Source: Candidatus Limnocylindrales bacterium (GTDB lineage: Bacteria > Verrucomicrobiota > Verrucomicrobiia > Limisphaerales > UBA8199). From it: 64,000 nt of DNA. The DNA lies in the NCBI GenBank assembly GCA_035495315.1, contig DATJGF010000229.1:105613-169612 (forward strand), written 5' to 3'. Made by a program: the position numbers and the translations under genes. Below are positions 26,616-35,934 of this stretch, one piece after another (the stretch's first letter is position 1; the number at the start of each line of letters is the position of its first letter). The notes beneath the pieces were generated by a model, which had not been told where the DNA came from, made no database searches, and saw nothing but the letters and a program-made list of their open reading frames with translations.

Positions 26616-27460
26616 TCGTCTTTCTCAATGGCCAATTCGTCCCCGAGGAGCAAGCCACCGTTTCGGTGTTTGACCGAGGCTTCCTCTATGGGGACGGATT
26701 GTTCGAGACCATGCTGGTTGCCAACGGCAAACCCTTTCGCTGGCATCAGCACCTGAGTCGTTTTCTGGGCGGCGCGCATTTTCTAAAGCTTCAACTGCCT
26801 TTTACAATAGAACAGCTAGCTGCCAGCGCAGATGAGCTGATTCGGCGAAATAATATTTCCGAAGGGATCCTGCGACTGACTCTCTCACGCGGCAAGGGCC
26901 CGCGCGGCTATTCCATCCGCGCTGCCGACCATCCGACGGTCGTGATCTCCTTGCACCCCTCACCCAACCGCAATGCGGGGTCCGTAAAAGCCTGGCGGCT
27001 CATCACCTCTAGCGTCCGCATTCCTGCAGCCGACCCGTTGGCCGCATTTAAAACTTCCAATAAACTCCCCCAGATTCTTGCACGCTGCGAGGCCGATGCG
27101 GCAGGAGTCGATGAGGCGCTGGTCAGCAATACCGATGGTTGGGTCGTCGAAGGCGCAAGCAGCAATTTGTTTTGGATCCAAAAGGGCAATGTCTGTACTT
27201 CTCCCACACCCAGTGGAGTATTGCCGGGCGTGACTCGCGCAGTCATTATTGAACTTTGCAAAAAACTGCAGATACCCACCTGGAAGGCTTGCATCAAACC
27301 CGAGCAGCTGCTTCAGACCGAAGGGGTTTTTCTATCGCTCAGTTCGCTGGGGATCATTCCGGCCTCAGAACTAGACCAAAAACCGCTCTCCCAATCTCCG
27401 GTCACGGAGCAACTCATGGCGGCGTATACTAAATTGGTACGTGCCGAGACGCAGGGCTAG
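26612..27460 (+). CDS. pabC: aminodeoxychorismate lyase / class IV aminotransferase-fold protein
   Basis: 282 aa. DRGFLYGDGLFET, KTSNKL and GVLPGVTR are present. ATGA overlap with pabB. Confidence 0.8.
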   Translation: MIVFLNGQFVPEEQATVSVFDRGFLYGDGLFETMLVANGKPFRWHQHLSRFLGGAHFLKLQLPFTIEQLAASADELIRRNNISEGILRLTLSRGKGPRGYSIRAADHPTVVISLHPSPNRNAGSVKAWRLITSSVRIPAADPLAAFKTSNKLPQILARCEADAAGVDEALVSNTDGWVVEGASSNLFWIQKGNVCTSPTPSGVLPGVTRAVIIELCKKLQIPTWKACIKPEQLLQTEGVFLSLSSLGIIPASELDQKPLSQSPVTEQLMAAYTKLVRAETQG

Positions 27461-27499
27461 AACGGTTTAAGTTAAACTATAGCCCGCTTTCGTCCGCAT

Positions 27500-27800
27500 G
27501 GTCATTTCCTCCCTCTCCTCCCTTTGGAATCCTCTGCAGGAAAGGGTTGGGCAGAGAATTCCTCGAAAGCATTTTCGCGCTTTGAACCCATGAACCGCGG
27601 ACTTCCTTTCGGCGGACGCCGTCGGGGTGCCTCTCCCTCTCCTCCCCGGAGGAGAGGGAGAGGAGAGGAGGCCTTTTCACACTGCGGTTCATGGGAGCCT
27701 CGAGGTTTGTTAAACGCGCATTGAGACAATGAACCTACCGACGTTTGCTCGTCCTCGCCCTCGTCCTCGATCGCTCTATTCGAGGACGAGGACGATGCAG
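27500..27800. repeat. composite intergenic repeat, copy B, forming nested hairpins
   Basis: Perfect 13-bp stem CTCCCTCTCCTCC (27633-27645)/GGAGGAGAGGGAG (27648-27660). It is enclosed by a perfect 12-bp pair CCCATGAACCGC (27587-27598)/GCGGTTCATGGG (27684-27695). A second hairpin pairs 27759-27770 with 27780-27791 (CTCGTCCTCGA / TCGAGGACGAG). Confidence 0.7.
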
Positions 27801-27848
27801 GCCGTTCATCGGCTGGACGCAAACTCGAGAGAACCTCCGATCGGAAGC

Positions 27849-28634
27849 TCACGAATCTGCCCGTGAATTCAGTTCCCACGTCAATCGCAAACCTTCGAGC
27901 GTTAACAGCGGATCAACCGCGGTAATCTCAGGTAGTTTCGAGGCGATCAGCTTGCCATAGCCTCCGGTGGCAACCACAGGCAGGCGGCGCGTCTTTAGCT
28001 CCCGTTTCAACTCGATCAGCAATTCCCGAATCAGGCCGCGGTAACCGTGAACCGCCCCGACAAGCATCGCCTGCTCGGTGCTGCGGCCGATGGCGCTCTG
28101 GACTTCACGAATTCTAATTCGTGGCAGCAACGCCGTTTTCTCGTGAAGATATTCGGTCATCGCGGTAAGTCCCGGCGCGATGATGCCTCCCACATAATTG
28201 CCTGCGCGATCGACAACGTCGAAGGTCACGGCCGTACCAAAATCGACCACCACAACCGGTGCCCCGAATCGGTGTCGAGCGGCCAAAGCGTTGGCAAGCC
28301 GATCCGGCCCAATCGTGCCAGGCCTCGGGTAATCAATACCCAGGCCTCGTAGCGTCTTATGAGTCAGTTCCAGACAGGGTATGTCCCACATCCGTTTGGA
28401 AGCACCACGAACAAAAGGTGTCGCGCGGGGCACCACGCTGCAAACGGCGGCCCCCTGTATTGAGCTGCGACCCACGAACTTTTTGACCTGCTCGCCCGCA
28501 ACACCACGAAACCAGTCTGCCGTCAAAATATTCGCCTGCTTTAGCACCCGGTGAGCATCGGCCAGACCAAGGTGGGTGTGAGTGTTGCCGATATCGAACA
28601 GGAGGAGCAACGCATGGGTTATGGAAGCGCTCAT
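27849..28634 (-). CDS. coaX: type III pantothenate kinase
   Basis: Start at MSASITHALLLLFDIGNTHTHLG (ATG 28634). VVVDFGTAVTFDVV and ATGG are present. Confidence 0.9.
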   Translation of the reverse strand: MSASITHALLLLFDIGNTHTHLGLADAHRVLKQANILTADWFRGVAGEQVKKFVGRSSIQGAAVCSVVPRATPFVRGASKRMWDIPCLELTHKTLRGLGIDYPRPGTIGPDRLANALAARHRFGAPVVVVDFGTAVTFDVVDRAGNYVGGIIAPGLTAMTEYLHEKTALLPRIRIREVQSAIGRSTEQAMLVGAVHGYRGLIRELLIELKRELKTRRLPVVATGGYGKLIASKLPEITAVDPLLTLEGLRLTWELNSRADS

Positions 28635-28907
28635 ACAATGATTCACGGCTACAAATCCGAGCCAATTGCAAAACGGGCGCGCCTGGCAAGCTGGCAGCCC
28701 GCCCACCTCCTGGCGGCAGTTCTCCCTCCCCCTGGGAAAGGGCGCAGTGAGGCGAATTCGAAACCAAAAACTTTGGGATGATCTAAAACCGGCCGCCGCT
28801 TCTCTCTCTGGAGCCCAACGAGAGAGGGTAGGAAAGAGGGAGAGTTTTCCTCAGTCTGTTGGCGAAACCCAGCACGTCGAATTTCCAAGAAACGAACACA
28901 TGCGGTT

Positions 28908-28928
28908 CCCTCTCCCTCCGGGAGAGGG
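28908..28928. repeat. GGAGAGGG-family hairpin (short copy)
   Basis: CCCTCTCC (28908-28915) / GGAGAGGG (28921-28928) with a 5-nt loop. Weaker relatives lie at about 28722-28745 and 28803-28828. Confidence 0.55.
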
Positions 28929-29015
28929 CTAGGGTGAGGGGAATTTGGTACTCCCAAAACGCTACTTGTTTGGAGCTTTGAACTCATCCCATAAACCCAA
29001 ACACAGGCTTCCTTT

Positions 29016-29091
29016 GGTAGGGACGGCTCGCCGAGCCGTCCGCTTTCCTGCACAAAAACGGGCTCGGCCCGCTCGGCGAGTCGGCCCTACC
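29016..29091. repeat. REPIN-like doublet of GTAG-headed palindromes
   Basis: Forward unit GGTAGGGACGGCTCGCCGAGCCGTCC at 29016-29041, itself a hairpin GGACGGCTCG/CGAGCCGTCC. The inverted unit at 29060-29091 reads GGTAGGGCCGACTCGCCGAGCGGGCCGAGCCC on the other strand. Confidence 0.65.
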
Positions 29092-29125
29092 AGTTATGAA
29101 ATGGATTGTTGGAGTTTGTTCCATT

Positions 29126-29152
29126 GGATTTCGGGTTTCGGATTTCGGATTT
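29126..29152. repeat. solo half-copy of the CGAAATCCGAAA-family repeat
   Basis: GGATTTCGGGTTTCGGATTTCGGATTT, 38 nt downstream of the birA stop. No matching opposite arm lies nearby. Confidence 0.6.
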
Positions 29153-29189
29153 GTAACCCCAGTCGTTGTCCAATGCGGAATCTGTCTAT

Positions 29190-30170
29190 TCACTTCTCCA
29201 CCGTCACATCGCCCCCAACGATCGGTTCCAAGTGGCCATGCTCAGTTCTCACCAGCAGCGCGCCCTCCTCGCCCAGCGCTTCGGCCTGACCGCGAATCTC
29301 GCGTTGGCCGGTGCGAATGACAACTTCATGTCCCAGGGTAGTGCAATGGGCTTCCCATTCGTCAGCCACCGCGGCAAACCCACCCGAAAGGACCCGGGCG
29401 TAGTCCTTATCCAGCTCCCGCAAAATCGCGATGGCCAGGTCCGCGCGAGAGATCGGTTTGCCCGCCTCAGCCTTCAATGACGTCGCCAGGCGCCGGAGGT
29501 CCGAAGGAAAATCGCCAGCATTCAAATTGACATCCACGCCAACGCCCACAATCACGTATTTGACCCGGTCGAGCTCCGCGTTTAATTCTGTCAGTATCCC
29601 CGCGACTTTTCGTCCATTCACCAGAATATCATTGGGCCATTTGATTTCCGGATGCAGCCCGCTCTGGGCCGCAATCGCCCGCCGCAACGCCGTAGCGGCC
29701 GCAATCGTCAATTGAGTTGCAGCCAACGGCCGCAACCCGGGCCGGAGGAGAATCGAAAACCAGAGCCCTTTTTTTGACGGTGACATCCATTTGCGCCCAA
29801 GCCGTCCGCGGCCTTTGGTTTGCGCCTCGGCAAAAACGACCGCGCCTTCTTTAACCCCGTCGCGCGCGAGCTTTTCGATGACATCATTCGTCGACGTCGT
29901 CTCTTCAAACACGCGGATGTCGCGTCCGACGCAGTTGGTTTTGCCCAGACGCGCAACCAAATCTTCTGCGTGCAACAAATCCGGGCAGCTCAATAGCCGG
30001 TAACCTTGATGGGGACTGGCTTCGATATCGTAGCCGAGCGCGCGCAGGTCCTCGATATGGGCCCAAATCGCCGCGCGGCTAATGCCCAGCTCATTAGACA
30101 AATCCGCACCCGACACCGAACTATCCGAGGCCGCACGAAGCGCTGTCAAAATACACGCGTCGATACTCAT
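29190..30170 (-). CDS. birA: bifunctional biotin-[acetyl-CoA-carboxylase] ligase / biotin operon repressor
   Basis: 326 aa. N-terminal wHTH SGADLSNELGISRAAIWAHIEDLRALGY. Ligase motif QTKGRGRLGRKW. Confidence 0.9.
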   Translation of the reverse strand: MSIDACILTALRAASDSSVSGADLSNELGISRAAIWAHIEDLRALGYDIEASPHQGYRLLSCPDLLHAEDLVARLGKTNCVGRDIRVFEETTSTNDVIEKLARDGVKEGAVVFAEAQTKGRGRLGRKWMSPSKKGLWFSILLRPGLRPLAATQLTIAAATALRRAIAAQSGLHPEIKWPNDILVNGRKVAGILTELNAELDRVKYVIVGVGVDVNLNAGDFPSDLRRLATSLKAEAGKPISRADLAIAILRELDKDYARVLSGGFAAVADEWEAHCTTLGHEVVIRTGQREIRGQAEALGEEGALLVRTEHGHLEPIVGGDVTVEK

Positions 30171-31054
30171 AGGGTAAAATCAAGCCCGATATCGACAGCG
30201 CGCGCCGAATGCGTCAGCGCGCCAATGGAAATGAAATCAACACCGGCCTCGGCAATGGCGCGCACATTGGCCAGTGTAATGCCACCGCTAGCCTCCGTTT
30301 GGCAGCGCGATTTGCACCGTTGCACCGCCAACCGCAGTTGCACCGGGTTCATATTGTCGAGCAGGATCAGGTCGGCGCCGGCAGCAACAGCCTGCTCGAC
30401 TTGCTCGAGAGTGTCGGCCTCGACTTCGATTTTGAGAGTCGGACAGTGCGCTCGCGCCCGCTGGATCGCGGCGGCCACCGCATTCGGCGACTCGCGCTTC
30501 AAGGCGGCCAGATGATTGTCCTTAATTAGCACCATGTCATACAAACCCATCCGGTGGTTGCGACCGCCACCGCAGGTGATGGCGTATTTCTCAAACCGCC
30601 GCCAACTCGGTGTTGTTTTTCGCGTGTCGAGGATGCGGGCGGGAGTCCCTTCAACCGCCTGGACGAATTGTGACGTCAGAGTCGCGATGCCCGAGAGTCT
30701 TTGCACAAAATTCAGAGCCACACGTTCGGCGCTAAGCAGGCTGCGAGCGGGGCCCGAAATTTGCAGCAACGCCTTATCCGCCGAAACGTGCTTGCCGTCA
30801 TTGCTGTGGCGCACAAAGCGCACCGAAGGAGACATTTCCTCGAACGCGGCCTCGGCCAATGCCAACCCGGCGACGATCAGCGGTTCGCGCGCTCGCATCT
30901 CGGCGCTCGCTTGCAGTTCTTCTGGAATTGTCGCCAGCGTCGTCACGTCGCCCGGGCCCAAATCTTCCTGCAAAGCTAGCCGCACGGCTTGCCGGATCTC
31001 TTCGCTCGTGAGCTCTTCCACGCCTTGAGCATGGATCAAACCGAGCAAAAGCAA
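30167..31054 (-). CDS. nadC: nicotinate-nucleotide diphosphorylase (carboxylating)
   Basis: 295 aa. LDTRKTTPSWRRFEKYAITCGGGRNHRMGLYDMVLIKDNH. The stop overlaps the birA start by 4 nt. The start codon is non-ATG (TTG 31054, or GTG 31021). Confidence 0.9.
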   Translation of the reverse strand: MLLLGLIHAQGVEELTSEEIRQAVRLALQEDLGPGDVTTLATIPEELQASAEMRAREPLIVAGLALAEAAFEEMSPSVRFVRHSNDGKHVSADKALLQISGPARSLLSAERVALNFVQRLSGIATLTSQFVQAVEGTPARILDTRKTTPSWRRFEKYAITCGGGRNHRMGLYDMVLIKDNHLAALKRESPNAVAAAIQRARAHCPTLKIEVEADTLEQVEQAVAAGADLILLDNMNPVQLRLAVQRCKSRCQTEASGGITLANVRAIAEAGVDFISIGALTHSARAVDIGLDFTL

Positions 31055-31055
31055 A

Positions 31056-31721
31056 TCAGAAAAACCAGGAGAGCCCGAGCATGAAGTTGCTGGTGTTTAC
31101 ACCGAGATTGGGGAAGTCGATGCCGGCATTCGAGAGGTGAATGAAACGATATTGAAATGTCAGCGCCAGGTCTTTGCGCAGGAAGAAATGCGTGCCCGCC
31201 CCGGCTTGCAAATTGAATTCGAAGGTCGTGCTGAGGTCGCAGTCACGAATGTCCGTTGCAGTCACGCCAGCGCCAAAATCGATGAAGGGAACCCAGCGCC
31301 CTCCCGGCGCGAAATTGTACCGAAGCAAAGGCGCCGCACCGATCAAATAAGCATGTGAAGGATTAAACTGCTCACCTCCAAAAACGTGCGCCAGTAACTC
31401 CCAATTGCCGCGATGCCAACGATCGGGCGCGAGCACATCTGTGAATACCCAGCCGTACTGCAAGCTCCCCAAAATCCAATCATGTGCATGTTCGCCATGG
31501 ATTATGGGCGTCCCGATCCCCACGCCCGCCAGCAATTCCAATTCGTGCGCGCCTTTGTTAAAGCCCTCGGCAGTTTCAGTTTTCCAGAGCCCCGGCAAGG
31601 GTGCGGCTAAAGGTGAGTTGGCCGATTCCTGAGCCAGTGCCCTAACCTCTCTTCCGGCCGCGCATGTCGCCCATAGTAGAAATAGCCCAATTTGGCGGCT
31701 GCGTAAGTAATCCAGTCCCAT
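31056..31721 (-). CDS. outer-membrane acyloxyacyl hydrolase / lipid A 3-O-deacylase (PagL-like) beta-barrel
   Basis: Start at MGLDYLRSRQIGLFLLWATCAA (ATG 31721). The long 5' extension of the track ORF is rejected. C-terminal FIHLSNAGIDFPNLGVN...GLSWFF matches the PagL His/Ser region and a terminal aromatic. Confidence 0.65.
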   Translation of the reverse strand: MGLDYLRSRQIGLFLLWATCAAGREVRALAQESANSPLAAPLPGLWKTETAEGFNKGAHELELLAGVGIGTPIIHGEHAHDWILGSLQYGWVFTDVLAPDRWHRGNWELLAHVFGGEQFNPSHAYLIGAAPLLRYNFAPGGRWVPFIDFGAGVTATDIRDCDLSTTFEFNLQAGAGTHFFLRKDLALTFQYRFIHLSNAGIDFPNLGVNTSNFMLGLSWFF

Positions 31722-31859
31722 AATCCACCCAGGAGAGATCGTAACCCTGAAATCATAGCGACCAGAGATAGTCCAGGCTATGGGGTAAGCCTTCCATAGA
31801 CGTTCCTGTGGAGATTGTGCTTGAATTGGGCCCTTGCTCCAACGTATGTGAAAGCCATT

Positions 31860-33290
31860 ATGTCTAAGCGCGATTCTACCCCCGGGACCTCCTCGATGAC
31901 TCGTCGGCAATTCTTGTACTACTCGGCCGTTGCTGCCGGTGCCATCAGCCTTCCTGCTTATGTAAAAGCCAGCCCGCGCGTGCTCGGCGCAGGAGACAAG
32001 CTCCGTATTGCGTCCGTGGGCGCAGGCGGCAAAGGCCGCAGCGATATACAGCACTGCAGCGCGGAACAAATTGTCGCCATCTGTGATGCCGACGAGAACA
32101 TGGCCGCGAGCGCGCTAAAGGCCATACCCAATGCAAAATTCTATTCCGACTGGCGCGAGATGCTGGAGAAGGAACAGAACAATATTGATGCGGTAACGGT
32201 CTCGACCCCCGACCATCTGCACGCGTGCGTCGCTTCCGCGGCGATGAAACTCGGCAAACATGTTTATTGCCAGAAACCTCTTACTCAAACCGTTTACGAG
32301 GCGCGCTATTTGCGCCGGCTGGCGAAGGAGCAAGGTGTCATTACGCAGATGGGCAATCAGGGCAGTTCTGAGGACGGACTTCGCCGCGCGGTTGAGGTGG
32401 TTCACGCAGGCCTTATCGGCTCCGTCCAACAGATTCACGTCTGGACCAATCGCCCGATTTGGCCACAGGGCATTGTTCGGCCTGCCGGTCAGGACCCGGT
32501 CCCGCCCAACTTCAAATGGGATCTGTGGCTAGGCCCGGCGGCCCAACGGCCCTTCAAAGCGGGGGTGTATCATCCCTTTAAATGGCGTGGTTGGTTTGAG
32601 TTCGGAACCGGCGCCATGGGCGACATGGCCTGTCATACCGCCAATATGCCGTTCCGCGCCGCGAAACTTGGTTACCCACGCCTGGTCGAATTACTCGATC
32701 ACTCCGAGCTTAATCCGGACACTTATCCCAAGACCGCCAAGATTCGCTTCGTCTTTCCGCCGCGCGAAGGCTTGCCGGAAACCGAATTCTTCTGGTACGA
32801 CGGTAACCCGCGCGATAAAACCTGCGCCCCTTTGCGCCCATCCGATGAGGTCACCAAAGACATTAAAGAACTGCTCGAGAAGGTTCCCGACGCGGGCTGT
32901 TTGTTAATTGGCGAGAAAGGCCAAATCTTTTCTCCGGACGATTACGGTGCCCGGTTTTTCATCAAACTGAACGACGAGAAGGAATTCGTGAACGGGACAA
33001 CACACGAAGGGGCCAAGGCAGTTCCAGTATCCCTGCCCCGCAATACTCTCGCGAGCGATACCGACGCCAAACAGCACCTGGAATGGATTGCCGCCTGCAA
33101 AGGCGGGCCGATCCCTTACTCAAATTTCGATATCGCTGCCTATTTAACGGAAATCATATTGCTCGGCTGCGTCGCCCTGCGAGTCGGCAAGAAATTGGAA
33201 TGGGACGGACCCAACATGAAGGCCACCAATGCCCCTGAGGCCGCCCAATTCGTAAAGCGCGCTTATCGCGACGGCTTCGCGCTGGCTTAA
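31860..33290 (+). CDS. Gfo/Idh/MocA-family oxidoreductase with Tat signal
   Basis: Start at MSKRDS (ATG 31860). Twin-arginine MTRRQFLYYSAVAAGAISLPA. Rossmann LRIASVGAGGKG. Confidence 0.85.
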   Translation: MSKRDSTPGTSSMTRRQFLYYSAVAAGAISLPAYVKASPRVLGAGDKLRIASVGAGGKGRSDIQHCSAEQIVAICDADENMAASALKAIPNAKFYSDWREMLEKEQNNIDAVTVSTPDHLHACVASAAMKLGKHVYCQKPLTQTVYEARYLRRLAKEQGVITQMGNQGSSEDGLRRAVEVVHAGLIGSVQQIHVWTNRPIWPQGIVRPAGQDPVPPNFKWDLWLGPAAQRPFKAGVYHPFKWRGWFEFGTGAMGDMACHTANMPFRAAKLGYPRLVELLDHSELNPDTYPKTAKIRFVFPPREGLPETEFFWYDGNPRDKTCAPLRPSDEVTKDIKELLEKVPDAGCLLIGEKGQIFSPDDYGARFFIKLNDEKEFVNGTTHEGAKAVPVSLPRNTLASDTDAKQHLEWIAACKGGPIPYSNFDIAAYLTEIILLGCVALRVGKKLEWDGPNMKATNAPEAAQFVKRAYRDGFALA

Positions 33291-33395
33291 TATTTGGAAG
33301 GCCGAGCTAGGCGAGGCTCAAATGTGCTGCACGTTTGGCAGCGGCTTTCGTTTTGCTGCCCCGTCCAGTCAGGGCCTCACCGAGTTGGGCCTTCC

Positions 33396-34169
33396 CTACC
33401 ACATGGCCTTACAGCCATCTTCTTCCCATTGCTGAGAACCGCGATAAGTCAGCATTTGGCTGATGTTTTTCCAGGTTACCGAGCCGTCTAGCAAGCCGAT
33501 GTTTCCGCCCGTAGCGCCAATCTGACGCGGGTTAACTGAACCGACCTGATACGAACCCTGGTTGGACGCATCGGTGCCGTTCAAGATGGGACCTGCCTTG
33601 CCGTGCGGCGCAAATACGCGGCGGTCCGCGCGCGACCAGTCATTCATATCTGAGATGAGCACCAGCGAACTGGAGTCGGTCAGTCGTTGCGGCGAAAGCC
33701 AGCGTGCGGTGCTGCCGGAAACAGCCGGCCAGGGCGTGTTGGTGCGCCCACCGTGATAATTATAGCCAATCACATATCCGTATCCCAAAGCCTCGATTTG
33801 AAACGCGGCGTCCTTTTGAAAGTAAGCGGCAAAACTGGGGCAATGGACCAACTGCTGATTCCTCAAATACTGAATCAACGAATTGCTCGTTGCATTGCTG
33901 ATGATCGGCAGATGATCGTCGAGCGGGCCAAACGGCGGATTTGAGGCCCCACTCGGGACTCGCTGTTCGTTATCGTCCCCGAACAAGTGCACACTGAGGA
34001 GAAATTGTCGCTCGCCGTTCTTGCAGTTGACACGACGCGTCTTTTCTTTTGCCCCCGCAAGGCTCGGCAATAAGAGGGCTGCCAGGATGGCTATGATGGC
34101 GATCACCACCAGCAATTCGATTAAAGTGAAAGCGAGCAAGAATGCCCGACTGGGCCTCCTAGCCAACAT
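33396..34169 (-). CDS. prepilin-type N-terminal cleavage/methylation domain protein
   Basis: ATG 34169 ([37 protein letters not shown]). C-terminal [13 protein letters not shown]. Confidence 0.8.
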   Translation of the reverse strand: MLARRPSRAFLLAFTLIELLVVIAIIAILAALLLPSLAGAKEKTRRVNCKNGERQFLLSVHLFGDDNEQRVPSGASNPPFGPLDDHLPIISNATSNSLIQYLRNQQLVHCPSFAAYFQKDAAFQIEALGYGYVIGYNYHGGRTNTPWPAVSGSTARWLSPQRLTDSSSLVLISDMNDWSRADRRVFAPHGKAGPILNGTDASNQGSYQVGSVNPRQIGATGGNIGLLDGSVTWKNISQMLTYRGSQQWEEDGCKAMW

Positions 34170-34294
34170 AAAGCGGCGACATTTCGCTTTCACAGGGGTG
34201 GTAGCCAAACTGGACTGTCCTACATTCGCTTTGGTGCCAACATATGTCCAATACTTGTTTTGCGATTGCTCGGGTGCGCCCTGGCACCTCCCCC

Positions 34295-34359
34295 GGAACG
34301 CCGGATTTATCCCAGGACCTGATAGAACGCAGCTTTCTGCCGGATAAATCCGGCGTTCC
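34295..34359. promoter_or_regulatory. perfect 18-bp inverted repeat in the divergent region between two prepilin-like genes
   Basis: GGAACGCCGGATTTATCC (34295-34312) and GGATAAATCCGGCGTTCC (34342-34359), separated by 29 nt. Confidence 0.5.
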
Positions 34360-34582
34360 GGCCACTCTCTCGATTTCCGAGCGGGGCAGTGTCAGCATGC
34401 ATCCTGATCGCTCGGGCACGATTAAAAGTGGATGCGAATGCGCTTTGCTGCCCGTTGCTTCATCTCATTAACACCTCCATTTATGAAGGTGTACCGGGTC
34501 CTCGGTGGATCGAACCCTCAGGGTTCTTTCGCCACCGCCCGCTTTTAATCGCACCCTGACCGCTCTGGAGTGTCAATGCTGG

Positions 34583-34611
34583 TTGACAATGAAATGAACA
34601 TTACCTAATAC
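34583..34611 (+). promoter_or_regulatory. putative sigma70-type promoter of the 34636 prepilin-like gene
   Basis: TTGACA (34583-34588), a 17-nt spacer, then TAATAC (34606-34611), about 25 nt upstream of the ATG. Confidence 0.35.
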
Positions 34612-34635
34612 TCGCCTGACTGGGAGTTTTCGCCG

Positions 34636-35493
34636 ATGAAATCATCTGGCTTTTCTCGAAGTTGCCTGACACCGCATCGGAGGTCGCATGCGCTACCTGG
34701 ATTCTCCCTCATCGAACTGATCACGGTTATTGCGCTCATTTTGATCTTGTTGGCGTTGCTGCTTCCGGCCTTTTCTCGCGTCCGGCTTGAATCGAAAGTC
34801 ACGCAATGCTTAAGCAATTTGAAGCACATCGGCACCGGGGTAGCACTTTACGTGCAGGATACTCACCATTATCCTGGCAGCCTGGGCGGAACAGTTATGG
34901 CCAAGGAGTTTACCTGCAGGATGACCGACCGGGATTTGCTCGAGGAAATGAAACGGCGAGCTTTATATCAATACATAAAAACCGCTGAAATCTTCCATTG
35001 CCCCGAAGATCGAGGAGCGGACTATTCGCCGGACTCGTTCAACTATAAAAGCTTTTTTTATGCGTTTGGCTATAGTTACTCATTGAATTCCAGCCCCTGG
35101 GAATTCACGAAACATCGCGTGCAGGGAAGTCTCGTATGGCAGGTAGAATCCTGGGTAAAAGAACCTGCCCGTTATATTTTGGCGTATGAATTGCCCGCCC
35201 GGCCAACCTGGAAGCCCATGACCAAAGACCCCTGCATTCCGAGAGACGCAATCAAAGTGCAGTACCATTTCCACTGGCACTTCGCGACCGGCAAATCCAC
35301 GGTCTCGAACCTGGACTTCGGCAGTGACCGTCAGCGCTTTATATCGCCGATCCTCTTTGTTGATGGCCACTCCGCTAATCACGATTTTACGCGGTCATTG
35401 CGGGATCAGCCAAAGTTTCCTACCGAGGCAACTAAAGACTGGATTTGGTATCAACCATTGCCGGACGTCCCCGGCCAGCGCTGGTCTCAATAA
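34636..35493 (+). CDS. prepilin-type N-terminal cleavage/methylation domain protein
   Basis: GFSLIELITVIALILILLALLLPAF. The gene looks visibly lower in GC than its neighbours (by eye). Confidence 0.8.
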   Translation: MKSSGFSRSCLTPHRRSHALPGFSLIELITVIALILILLALLLPAFSRVRLESKVTQCLSNLKHIGTGVALYVQDTHHYPGSLGGTVMAKEFTCRMTDRDLLEEMKRRALYQYIKTAEIFHCPEDRGADYSPDSFNYKSFFYAFGYSYSLNSSPWEFTKHRVQGSLVWQVESWVKEPARYILAYELPARPTWKPMTKDPCIPRDAIKVQYHFHWHFATGKSTVSNLDFGSDRQRFISPILFVDGHSANHDFTRSLRDQPKFPTEATKDWIWYQPLPDVPGQRWSQ

Positions 35494-35934
35494 TTAGCGT
35501 GTCAGCAGGTTCTGTGTCCGGGTTTGCCAACTGATCGACCAAGAACGCTTCTCGATTGGTGGCAACGAGACGGTGCCCAATTGCACCTCCTTGCCTGCAG
35601 GAGCCATCACAATTTCCTGGCGGCTCACGGCTTTGCCAGACTCGCTTACCAGTTCCAAAGCCCAAACCAACGAAATCAGCTTGCCGGAAAAGCTATACGG
35701 CGCTTGCGGCAGTTGTAATCGGAACAAGCGCGTTTCTTGTTGAAGTGGTTGCTCGAAACGAATGGTTTCTATAACGCCTGCGTCTTCGATCCCCCTTCCG
35801 CGAGTGAACCAAAAGAGTCGCAGTTCGACATCGCGAGCTGGCTTGTCGAATTGCCACGAGACGCTGCCGGCTACCTCTTCGCCCGGCTCATAGGCAGTAC
35901 GGGCGTCTGCTAGGTCGATTTTCAATTCGTTCAT
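35494..35934 (-). CDS. small soluble beta-sandwich (arrestin/Spo0M-like?) protein, paralogous to the C-terminal module of the upstream gene
   Basis: ATG 35934 overlaps the upstream TGA (ATGA). GEEVAGSVSW...VELRLFWFTRG...SFSGKLISLVWALELV parallels GGRFRIEWEL...LRVRLVGREE...GGHNKVIWALRV in the 577-aa protein. Confidence 0.55.
   Translation of the reverse strand: MNELKIDLADARTAYEPGEEVAGSVSWQFDKPARDVELRLFWFTRGRGIEDAGVIETIRFEQPLQQETRLFRLQLPQAPYSFSGKLISLVWALELVSESGKAVSRQEIVMAPAGKEVQLGTVSLPPIEKRSWSISWQTRTQNLLTR

Noticed and set aside
34490-34575. The minus strand contains GGGTTCGATCC, which looks like a tRNA T-arm. I considered a tRNA gene or att-site fragment.
   Set aside because: The bases flanking the TTCGATC loop (GAGGG / CACCG) do not pair. 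No acceptor or anticodon stems can be drawn. The sequence is instead explained by a nested palindrome, CGGTGG..GAACCC-TCA-GGGTTC..CCACCG (34503-34536).
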